64,000 nucleotides of DNA, from the IMG/VR virus record IMGVR_UViG_3300045988_125651; one strand, given 5' to 3'. Both the position numbers and the translations under genes were made by a program. Positions 29,601-41,600 of this stretch are shown here, in pieces; the first letter of the stretch is position 1, and every line of letters begins with the position of its first letter. The notes below the pieces were generated by a model, which searched no databases, was not told where the DNA came from, and worked only from the letters and a program-made list of their open reading frames with translations. The DNA is from a virus.

Positions 29601-32600
29601 CCTTATCTTGTCTCTTACGAATAGTACTCTGTTTCTCTCCAAACCATGCTTCTTTATAAAGTATAGATTGGCGTTTCGTGTCTGCTCTGCTCCGTCCTTG
29701 CCGGGCATTGCCGACACCACTTTCTTGAAGGCGTCACCTAATGGCTCGGTGTATTCTCTGTCGTATCTCTCGCACATCTGCATAACCATACTGCCCATTC
29801 TGTTATGGCATTGCAATGGATTGAAGGCCGAAGGAATATCTGCATAAGCATCCTTCACACCCGAGATTATCTGCATGGCTTCCTGCAAAGACTGCATATC
29901 GTCCACGGTACTCTCCTTGAATGCGTACCATTTTGTGCTCAATCGTCTGTTGTATTCCTCAATTTTCGATGCTGTCATTGGCGAGGTTCTATAGTGTACA
30001 TGTCCGTCTGTAGCCTCGTCAAAATCTTTCTTGTTAAGGTCCAACAGCCCATGCTTCTTGCCGTTGTTGTCGTACATCATACCGTTCTCTTCTACAACGG
30101 ATAATGTCTTCTCATGCTCTATCTTCCACCTCACAGCCTCAGCTCTCATCTTCCACAGCGGACTGTCTCCATGCTTCTGCACGTTCTTCGCAAGCCACAG
30201 CATATACTTCACGTCCTTCACGTTAGGCGAAACTCTGTAGCCTATCTCATGCAGGGCATCTGTCACCTTATTCTTAATGTAGTTCCAGAATCCAGGCTCA
30301 CCCTTTCCGTCCTCTGCGCTCTTGGCGATAAACTCCTCAATAGCGTCATAGAATCCAAGGTGATTCATGTTCATCTTTTCCTTCACATAAGCTCTCAGCT
30401 CAGCATTGATAGGGTTATCCAAGTCCATCCAAAGACTTCTCATGTAGTCATTGAATTTATCTCCAAGCAGCCCTCTCATGCCCTTGTGTCCTACGGTCTC
30501 GTGCCATACGGTTTTCTCCGCGGTATACGAGTCATGGATATTAGGCATATACAGATGCACTTCGCCCGTCTTCTCGTCATACCAGCCAGTCACCTGCTTG
30601 CCGTTCTCTATGTCCTTGCGCACCTTCGGGTTCTCAATCTCCTCAACCGAGTTCACCATCTTCACCTTGCCTCCAGTTCTCTTGGCAACCTTCTCCACGG
30701 TCTTGATGATACGCTCGCTCACAGCATTCGAAGTCCCCGAAGTCTTCTCAGGTGTTACAACACCATCGCCTTCTTTTCTAAAGAAAGTCTCCCCATCTGT
30801 TAAATTTTTACTCTCATCAAGCAATTTTTTGCCCGAATCGTAGGATTTCTCAACTCCTTGCAGTAACTTTGCGGTTGAAATATAACCGTTGGTTGTACTG
30901 TTCAAAGGGAGACTGTCGGATTCGTTCGCTTTCTCGGAACCTTCCGACGTTATATTTTTAGAGTTGCTTGGTGTCGTGTCCAAAGGGGAACTGTCGGGTA
31001 ACACCGCTGTGCCAGGAGCGTCAGGCAGCTCTATCTTATTATCAATAGAGTTGTTTGATGCATCCGAAGGTGGTCTGTCGGGATTTTCTCGCTTTCCAGG
31101 GGAGTCAAGCAGCTCTATTTTTGTTACCTCATAGCTGTGAGGTTTGTTTTCTTCTCCTCCTCTGAACTCTTGCATAGTAGTCTTCACACGGTATATCTTA
31201 CCGTCCATCTCTACTGCGCCATAAAGTCTATGTACAAGGATATTGTTTCCATATCCAAGCTCGGCTTTTCTTTTTCCGGTTTCGTCCTTTACGTTATAAT
31301 CCGCGTGAATCTCAGCCTCGATGCTCTCATGGATAACATCTGTAAGTTTGGGAAGTACCGAAAGATGAATGTCAAGATTCTCACTTTTACGAACAGCACT
31401 TTCTGAAAGATATTTTTCAACAGCCCTTTTGCTGATTGTATAAGATGTACCATCGCGCATAATAGGCATTTCTGTCTTTCCCGTTGTTACAAGGTTTTCT
31501 TTTGCCCATTCTCTGGCATTTTTTAAAGAAGTTTCAATATTGTCACCAAAGGGAGATTTCTCAACCTCTACCACCTTCACCTTCTCCTTATTCAGATTAG
31601 GCATAACGATTCCTTTCTCCTCCACAGCTCTGTCTCTCACAGCGTCAAAGTGTTCCTTGCTGTCTGAGAAGGTATCGCCAAGCTCCATGCGGTAATGGGC
31701 ATTTGCCTTTCCATACACCTCTGCAGCATGCTCCATTCTGTACATCACACCCTTGCCATCGTTCTGTTTCTTCAAGTATCGTTGCATTTCCTCCTCGGTC
31801 ATGCCAGCCAACTTGCAAGTCAGTTTCTTTAGCTCCGCAATCACAGCCTGGCTTGTCTCGTCTCTCGTATAACGCTCATACTCCTCAAATCTCTCGTATG
31901 TACCCGAAAGAATACTCTTTCTCTGCTCAGCGTTATATTCACCCAAGTCAAACATAATAGAGTAATCGTTGCGGTCTCCTCTCACATGCACATTAATACC
32001 ATGCTCGTTCAAGTTCACCGTCACGTCTTTCAGTTCCTTCAAGTCCTTGGCTGTCTGCTTGCTCTTCTTCTGCATTATCGTATTGGTGTCGATAATGCGG
32101 TCAGGCATTTCTATATCGCGCAAATCCTCAAAGAAATCCTCTATCTTATCGTAGTGACCACCCAAGTTCACTTTCTCTACGCTGCCAGCCTTGGCTCGCA
32201 TAGCCTCGTTGCTTATCTTGTCCACTACTACCACACGGCATACTACATTGGTACCTGCCTGTTTGAACACGATGTCTGGCAACTCCACCTCGGCACGCAT
32301 TACGGCTGTCTTCTCACCATTAATCCACTTCTCAAACTTCTTGTCCGTTGAACCTCTCGGTATAATAGCTACCACACGACCGCCTTCCTCCAAGTGTTTG
32401 AATGCCTTACCCAAGTGGGCAATGGCTGTCGCTCCTGCCGTACCAAACGGTGGGTTCATTACTACAACATCATGCTTGTTGCTGATGTCGTAGTTCTCGA
32501 ATATGGTGTTCACGAACTTTCTACCCAGTCCACCTGCCTTCAACTGCAACTTGGCAAACAGACTCTGACTTGGTTCTATTGCCACCATCTGATTGCCCTT

Positions 32601-35600
32601 TGGAGCATATCGTGCTATCGCTCCATGTCCGGCACTCGGCTCCATTACGGTGTCACCCTCGCCCATGTTCGCCCATTCCATCATCTTATAGCCTAATGGT
32701 TCAGGTGTTGGGAAGTAGTCTACACCCTCTCTGTTGCGGGAGTTCAACTTCTGGTTCGAGTAGTAGTCAAGCACTGCATTGTCAAATCCGTCCGTGCTTT
32801 GGTCTTTAGGCGCGTCAAATTCCTTGCCTCCTACTCCTTGTTGATCGATAGGCACCACTCCGCTATGCTCCAATATACCGTTGGCGAAACTGTCTCTCAA
32901 ACTTCTTGCCTGACTTCCAAGCGCAAGGTTCTCAGTTGTCGATACCTGGTTGTTGAACTTCTGTCCGAACAGCATCATTTCTGAGTTCAGTCCCAATATC
33001 GGGTACTCAAATATGGCGTTGCTCTTGTTACCGATACGGTAGGTTCGTCCCTCTATCTGCAAGGCTGTGATAGGACTCTGAGGCAGAGCCAATGTTATGC
33101 ACACTCGCTGATGCTCGCCCGTCTTGTCATGCAGGGAGATTCCCTCCTTGCCGCTCGCCTCCTGTATCACGATGATGTTCTTGCCGCTGTTGTCGTCGTT
33201 GAAGATGTCCACAGCCTTGTCCTTCACCTTAGAGCTTTCCTTTCCGCTGAAGAACAGCACATTGTCCTTGCCGAACACCTTGGCTATCTGCTCACGAGGC
33301 ATACTGTAGTCAAGGGTCTGCTCCCACTTCAGCAAGTCGGCATACTTCTTTCTGAAATCTCTTACAGCCTGCGCAGCCTCCTTCTTATCCTTGCCTTCGC
33401 TCATTATCGAAACCAAGTGGTTGGCTTGCTCCAACATCAAGGCGAACGGCGGCTTCAATGGTTCCTTAGTCTCCACGCGACGATGGAATATCACAACCTT
33501 GCGTCCTGCATCCAAATGGGCCTTTATGCGCTCGATAATGTTAGCCACCTTCATAGTCTCAAACAGCGCGCTACCATAATTGTAGTCGCCAATCGTCCTG
33601 CGGTAAGCGTCTGCCAACACTCCGTGTCCTCTTACGGCATCCTGCACAGCTTGGTTGAACTGCTCCGCATGGTCGGGCGATACCGTCGGGAAGTCTCTTG
33701 AATAGTCATACGGACTGTCTATAATGCGTCCGCTCATGGTTCCCAACGTGTCTTGCAGATAGTCAGAGAAGGCTATCTCCTGCTTGGCTACTGCCTCTGG
33801 GTTGCTTGTGCTCTGCTCCAGTCTGTTGTAACGGAATTTGTATGCCGAACCAAAGTTGTCCAGATAGAACTGTGTGCGTCCGCTTATTCTTCCGCCCTTC
33901 TCTACTTCGGGATACTTGAAAATGTAACCCTCCACATAGTCAAGATTCTCGCGAGTGTTGAATGGTGTGGCCGAAAGGAAGATGGTCTTTGTGTCCTTCC
34001 ATTCAGCTTTTGCCTGTGCCTTAAGCTTTGGCTCCACAATGCTATTGTAGTGTCTTACGGCGTTTACATATTCAGCATGTATCTTGCCAAGCTTCGGGTA
34101 GTCGGCATATTCTCTAAAGCTTTGTATATCCTTCGGCAACATTCTTCTTATGGCATAGGCCACGTCACTTGCTGTTGCGCTCGGATGGCTCACCTTATAC
34201 TCTTTGCGTATACGCTCCACCTCCTTCTCGCGCTCAGCGTCAAACTGTTCGCCAAGACTCTTCATCTTCTGATAGTCCTTGTTCGTCTCCTGCAATCTCA
34301 GGAAGCAATGACGCTCGTCACGGTTCGTCACCATGTAGTGCTGTATACTGCGTGCCGTGTCCGCGCCCTTCTTGTTCTCCATGATACGGTGGCTCTCGTC
34401 GTATATCACAGCGTCCCAGTTCTCTTCCAACAGCTTCTTGTTCACTCCGAAGTTGGCGAATGTGGTGATCACCACGCCCTCGCCGCTTTCCGTCGTAGCC
34501 GTTGTGCCACGCTCCTTGGCTATGCTGTCAAGGTCGCGAATCTCCATGTTCAGGTTGCGTCCGTCCTTTATCCAGTCGCTCACCTTCTTCTGGCTCGGGG
34601 TCACAATGAGTATTCGTCCCTTGCCCTGCTTCACAAGTCGCTTGGCAATGCCAAGTCCCGTAAACGTCTTGCCCGTCCCCGTGCCATTGGTGAACATGTA
34701 GCCCTTGCCGTAGGCGTGCTCTCTGTCCGCGTGCTCATTGCCGAAGAACTGTGTCTCTGCTTTCAGCACGTCCTCCTGCTGTTGGGGCAGAAGATATGGT
34801 AGGGTTTCCTCGATATTCTTCTTGTCGCCTATCTTCACCTTGATAGGCTCGGCATCCATCTGTCTCTGATACTTATCGTTCAGAGGCTCTGAAAGCTTGT
34901 TTCTCAGCTCCTCGTTTCCGTGGATGCCTGCCCATTCGCCGATGGTATGGGTCTCACCGTCCATCTGGTAAGGAGTGTTCCAATAGTCTTCGATGAATCT
35001 GTCAACATCATCATCGCTGAGGCCTATCATCTTCAACTCCTCGCCTTCCTCGGCGCGCATAGCTGCCTTCCATTCGTTGAATTTGTAGATGCCTTCCTTT
35101 ATTTTCAGCACAGCTCCATTAAGGTGCATCTTGAACAACTCGGGGAGCATTTCTATCTGCTCGGGCGAAAGATTCAGCTTCTTGAAGGGAGTCAAGGCTA
35201 TCTTAACATATCCTTGCCCTGCCTTCTTCCATCTTTCCCAAAAGTCCTTTTTCTTCTGCTCGTATTCGGCGCGCTCCTGCTTTAGTCGCTCAGATGTACT
35301 ATTTGGGAAATGAGTTCCTTGCTTGGCTGCAGGCTTCCGTCCTGCATTCGGGTCAAGAGGTCCATTGCCGCCGCCTTGTCCTCCTCGCTTAGGTACATTT
35401 CCCTCATTGCCAGCTCCACCGCCTCCTCGGGTGTCAGTACTTCCGGCAGATACGGCATCCATTCCGGGTGTATTTCCTTCACCTTTGTCAACGCGCGGTT
35501 TTCCAGTAGATACAGGAGTGTCGTTCTCACCGCCCGTTCCGCTCTCTCGCTCTCCGGGTGTAGTTCGTTCGCTGTCTGTTCTATCCACTGGTCCATCAGG

Positions 35601-38600
35601 TCCTCCGCCTTTTCGTCCTCGTCCCAATCCCAATTCTTGGCTGCCTCCAGTATTGGGAACATCCAGCTGTGTTCCGTCTTTTGTTCCGCTATTATCGGGA
35701 ACATTCTCATGTCTACTTCTAACATCGTTCCAAATTTTAAAGTAAGAAATTGCGTTAATTATATTGCCCTTGTCGCCACGCAAGTATGCGAGTGCGGCAG
35801 GTATCAACTCTCTGTTCTCCTTAGAAGTCAGCTCGTTTATCTCTGTTTCCGTAAGAGGATTCTTCGACGACACGGCTTCTCGTTCCTCCAAGTCCATCTG
35901 TTCCCAAGGCTTGTTTACCTTCTCGGCTTCTGCCTTGCCTACTTCCTTGCCAAGAATCTTTCCTAACTCTCGACCGATAATTCTGCGTCGCTCCACTAAG
36001 CCGATACCGTTTCCTCTCAGCTTAGTTTCCATCGCCTGTTTCATCTTCTCTGTAGCACGCTTAATATCAGAAGCGTCGCCGCTCTCCTTGGCAGCAGTCA
36101 GTTCCTTACGCGCCTTCTGTATCTGCTCGTCCTTGAACATTTCTGCAGTATGCGCCAACCAAGCCAACGGATTTGTCTTTGGGGGTTCCTCACCCTCAAC
36201 CTTAGTATCGGATTTTTCACTTTTCTCTTTTCCCTTTTCACTCTTCAAGGGGTTCGCTCCCTTAGCCCAGTCTGCCAGCACCTTGTCTGCCACATCGCTA
36301 CCCCTAATCTCACCCTCAGTCAAAGGATGGTCTTTCTTGTAGTTCTCCGCAGCTTTCACTATCGGATTAAGCGTATTCTCTTCTTTCTTAGGAAGGATTG
36401 AAAGCGGTTCTTTATTCAGTTCTTCTTTTTCTGTATATTCGTTGTATCTCTCGCCTTCCTCTATTACGGATTTAATAATACGTGCCGCATCTGCCACATT
36501 ATCCAATGTAATTTGTGGCAGCTTTGCAATAGGGTCGTTTTCTTTAATCTGGCTTATATTACGGTAGTCATTATCCAATGCCTTCAACTGGGCATACCAA
36601 GGGCTGTTCTTGTCGGCATATATCCAGCCGTCTCCGTTTTCACCGTAAGAAAGATGGACTCCTTCAAGTCCTGCATCTTTCAATGCAGAATCTAAGGCAC
36701 TCTCGATAGTCTTAATAACTTCCGTTAAAGGTTTTATGAGTGCCTTATTAACATTATAGCTTTTATCGTTTTTCTTTGTATTCTTACAAATTGACAAATA
36801 AGACGAAAGATAGCCATGGCCAAGTGGGCTCGCAAGGATAGCTTCCACCAAATCTTTCTGTGCGTTCTTTATACGCTTCTTATCGCCACTCTCAACGGCT
36901 TCTTTCAAAGCCTTAGCAACAGGCGAAACCTGTTTCAAACCTTGGTCGCGAGACTCTATGTAAGCCTTGAATTTATTTTGAGGCGCAAGGTCTCCTTCTA
37001 TTTCTTTCGTTCTTGGAAGTTCACCTTCTCTTTCCTCTCCCTTCGGCTTAGTCGGCTCCACAGGCTCCACAGGCTCAGTAAGGGCCAGTGAGGCCTCGTG
37101 AGGCTTATCACTTTTCTCTTCCTCAGCCTTGTCTACTTCTCGCTGTCCTTCTGTTGGTTCGTCTCCTCCTGGTGCTTGCGGTTCAGTTCCCTCAGAGCTG
37201 CCAGCATCGCCATTTCCTTCTTTGCTTGAATGTCTTGTTTCATAGTCTTTCCAGTTTCTAAGTTTCAAAAATTCCTTTATAAACTCTTCATTCGTAGGTC
37301 TCTCGCCGAACATTTCCATCTGGTTGGCATCTGCATAAGGAGCAGCATTTCTGTTATACGCCATCATCAGCTCACGGAAGTCCTCAGCCTTACCCTCCAG
37401 AGCAAGAGCAATAGCCTGCGAGATAGGGTCAAATCTGTCAGCTGCGTTCTCGCCAAACATAGCAGGAGTGCGCAAGTATGCGTCCACACCGCTTCCGCCT
37501 TGACGAGCTTCGTACAGCAACTGCACTGCCTGGTCTATCTCCTTCATCAGAGCATAGTCGCCAAGTTTCATATTGTCCGTCACAGCACGGATGCCGTTCA
37601 GAGCCTTGGTTTTCAGCATAGCGTCAGCGCCCATCATGCGGATGGTGTTCTCCGAGAACACACTGCCCAATAGCAGGTTCTTCACGAAGTCCTTGCCTGC
37701 TGCCGAAAGCTTGTCCTCGCCCTCACGCAATCCCGCTATCTCGTTCAGACCAATCACGCCCTTATCAATTAAACGCTTTAGCAACGAGTTTATTGCAGTA
37801 GGATTGTTAAAGAATGCGTCAAGACTACCGCTTCCCTCTATCTCTGATATAATAGTGCCTATCTCGTCTGCAGAAAGCTTCTTCGAGTTCGCCACTGCCT
37901 GCTGAGTATTGCCCTGCGATTTCTTCTCGTTCTTGTTGAACTTGGCAAAGGTTGCCGTGTCATACTTCATCGGCTCGTCACTCACAAGCACAAGGCGCGG
38001 ATGCTTTATACCACTCTGCTCAATCTGCTCTGCGGTGAAGCCGTAATTCTCTGCATTCTCCTTCAATGCTTCAAGATAAGCACTGTCGGTACCGTTCTTT
38101 GCTGCCTTCTGTCCCGCCATCGTTCTGCCGTTACCGTCAACAACAATGCCGTCAGATGTCACAACCGGAACCTGGTCTACTGCCTGTCCGTCATACTTCA
38201 TGGCTATCATATCCGTTACCATCTGAGCCTGCTTGTCATTCTCATAGTCACGGTCATTGATAGTCCTGCCTTCTTCGTTCACGGGGAAACCCTCACTCTT
38301 CTTATATCCGTCGTTGGCATTATGCGAAGGTGTCAGACTGTCTGCTTCAACAATCTCATAGTGTCCTCTTAGCTTGCTTCCGTCAGCCAATGTACGTGTA
38401 CGCTTGTTGCCCACAATACGCTTACCGCTTTCAAACTTCTCACGAACAGCGCCTAAATTACCTGCTTCACTTACCGAACCTTCTTCACCTACACTACCTA
38501 CCTTCTCCATTCCAGCCTTAACCTTATTCGCGGTCATTACCTTCTTGATATTGGTATATAGCTCCAGCTCTGCTTTGGCGGCATCAACTGCCTTCGCCTT

Positions 38601-41600
38601 CTGAGCCTCAGCTTCCTTGGCGTCGTTCAAGTCGCCCGTGTAATCCACCTTTATCATTTCGGCTTCCTTCAGCATTTTCTCGGCTCTCTTTATCTGTCCG
38701 TCTACAGCAGCTTCTGCGTTCTCGCCAAACTGCGAAGACATCCACTCCGCTCCATGTTCGGGTGTCATCTGCGAGTAGTCAGCAGTCTCACGGCCTTTCG
38801 TGTCCTTCATCATCGGCACAGGTGAGCCATCGGCAAATGTTAAAGTCTCGTTACTTCCATTGCCATTATCGGATGGATTCTTTTTTTCTCCTTCCCCTAT
38901 AGGCTTTACATCTTCAACTCCAGGCGCCGACGCGCCCTCCTTCGGTGTTACAACACTCTCAGTCTTAGTATCGGATTCTTCACTTTTCTCTTTTCCCTTT
39001 TCACTTTCAGCGTAAGCCCCTGAGTTCAACTCCTCCAACTTCGTTTGATAGGCCTTGGCATAGTCCTCCGTCTTTTCCACATGGTCAAGCTGCACGTCCT
39101 TCTTGCTCACGAAGTCCATCTCCTTTGTATTCGGGTCAAGCACGCTAAGCATGTCGCCAACGCTTTCTCTCGCTCTACCCTCATTATCAAAGGCAACATC
39201 GCCCGCTCCAACAATAAGCAGTCTGCCATTGTTGTCCTTCACGAACAACATCTGGCCGCCCTCTTGCTTCTCACCGTTCAGCCCGCCCTTGTAGCTCCAT
39301 TGCTCCACATGCTTCTGCACGGTCTCAGCAATCTTCTGTTCAGTTCCGCGATACATGCCCACAGCCTTAGCCTTGGTGTTGATATAGTCGGCAAAAGGTA
39401 CAAGCTGTTCCTGCGTCAGTCCCGAGTTTATCAGCTCCATGTATATCTGAGGTTCCGAGAGACCTTCCTTTGTTAGTCTCTCATACTCCTGCTTCAACAC
39501 ATCGTTACTTTCCAAGGCTGCATTAAACGCCTTTTCGGCATTATTCATGTTGTTCAGCACCTCAGCCACAGCCTCGTTGTTAGGATTCTCCGTGCCAAGG
39601 TTATTTTCCTCAACCACGTCCTTGCCCTCTGTCTGCGACTGGTCGGGATGCAACGTTCCTTCCGGGAACTGCTCTCCCTCATAAGCCTTTCTCAGAGCCA
39701 CGCAAGCGTTCTGTTCTTCCTCGCTGCGCTTCAACGGGTCTTTGTCCATAGCTGCCTTCAACTGTTCAGCAGTAAAGCCAAACGTCTCAGCTACAGTCTC
39801 CAATGTTTCTTGTGCCGCCTTCTCGTCCTTTATCTGAGCTGCGCCATAGGCATTACTCAAACGTTGGTTTTCCTTTTTCGCCCCAAGATTGTATTTGATT
39901 GAAACGTATTCGTCGGCTGTCTTATAGCGGTTCTTTGAGAGCAACTCTCCATAAAGGCTATACTCACCCACATACGCTCCTCTTTCGTCACGCTCTATCG
40001 CTATATGGTCCATCATCGGACGTGCCGAAGGAACAGTTCCCATAACCAAAGCAGAGAACTTAGCCTTTGTGTCCCAAGGGATAGTTTCATCTGCCATTAT
40101 CTCGTCATAGGCAGTCTTCACAAACTCAGTGTCTGTGTCCTTATACGACTCCTCGCCTTTCCCTTTGGCTGCGGTCTTCTTAGTTCGCATCGCCCAAGAT
40201 GTCAGACTCTCTTTTCTCGTCAGCGGATTGTCGTGTACGTCATATCCGTAGAGCGTCTCTTCGCGCTTTGGCGCCTTGTCGCTTCCGAACAGCTGCTCTT
40301 TCTCCTCATTGGTAAAAACATATCCACCAAAGGTCGCTCTCTGTCCGTCAGATGTCATAAGGTTTTTAATATTTCTCGCCACCATATCAAGGTAGCCTTC
40401 CTTTTTGCCATCATTCACCTGACGCTTAGGCAGTCTTGCGTGTGTCAGCTTCAAGGCTACAACATTGGCACAAGCCTCAAGTGTGCCTTCAACGCTCCAG
40501 AAGTCGGTATCATGTCCCTCTATCATCTTGGCGACATTGCCACCGACGTGCATACCCCAACCTTCCATCGCTATTTGGAACACCTTGGCAGGGATGCGCT
40601 TCACGCCACTTACATTATAGATTCCTGCACCTACAGCACCGCCAATGCCACCCATAGTAGCCCAGCTTGCGCCCTCAGAAAGACCGCCCATAGTCATAAG
40701 CTTCACGGTATTGCCAATAGAGGTATCATCACCCGTTGAGTAATTCTGAACAGCAGCATTCGTCGAACCATAAAGCACACCCGTTACACCTTGACTTACG
40801 GCTCCAGTACCAACCATTCGACCTATGCGCCCTGCAAGACTCGTGTTAGCAATCCTTGCTGCCTGTGCCACACCATTGCCGAAAGCCTTGCCTGCGACCC
40901 ATGCACCGCCCTTGCCAAGCACACCAAATACTGGGCCATCAGCACCAAAGCCTAATGTGCCTCGTGCCACTCTCGCTCCCATACCCGGCTTAACATAAGG
41001 ATTTTCCCCGTTATCGGTCATAGCCATTCCTTGCTGAGCATACTGTCTCTGCTTCTTCGACATCATACCCATCGACAAGATAGTGCCTATCATCGAGTCG
41101 TTGACACCACGGATGATATATTCTGCCGTACTCTTAGGCATATTACGGCTCAATTCGCTCTTCTCAAACTCCTCAGCTATCTTTGCTTGCAAGCCAGGAG
41201 CTATATAATTCTTTACATAATCCTCTGGGTCGATACCTAACGAAGCTGCCTTTTCTGCTATTTCCTTCTGCATCTTCGGGTCGGAGAACAACCCAGCCAT
41301 GTCTTTCTCGGCATTCTTGCTGAGCTGATTCATTAGCTTGTCAGGATCAAGGGCTTCATTGTAAGCCTTACCTGCTGCCATATATGCAAATGGAGAGGCC
41401 TTGCTCAAAGCATCTTCTGCTGCAACACCTTTAACTGTCGCATCCTTAAACATCTTTTGGATACTATTGTTTATATATCCGCCAAGCTGTTTGTCAACAA
41501 GCTGTCTGCTGCTTTCTTCCAACTCATCCTCCAACTGCCCCCTTGTCTTCACAATATTGTTGTTCACGTCCTCGTTCCCAAGGTCAAAGGCTGGAGCATT

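Noticed and set aside
35310-35966. Two plus-strand ORFs (218 and 140 aa) opposite the giant-gene linker.
   Set aside because: They translate to Pro/Ser-rich low complexity. They are open because the coding strand is T-poor here. They are the reason I treat the same-strand +1 ORF with caution.
36201-39005. The 42-bp repeats considered as a diversity-generating retroelement template/variable pair.
   Set aside because: No reverse transcriptase is present in the window. The single mismatch is a T/C change, not the adenine-specific pattern of DGRs.
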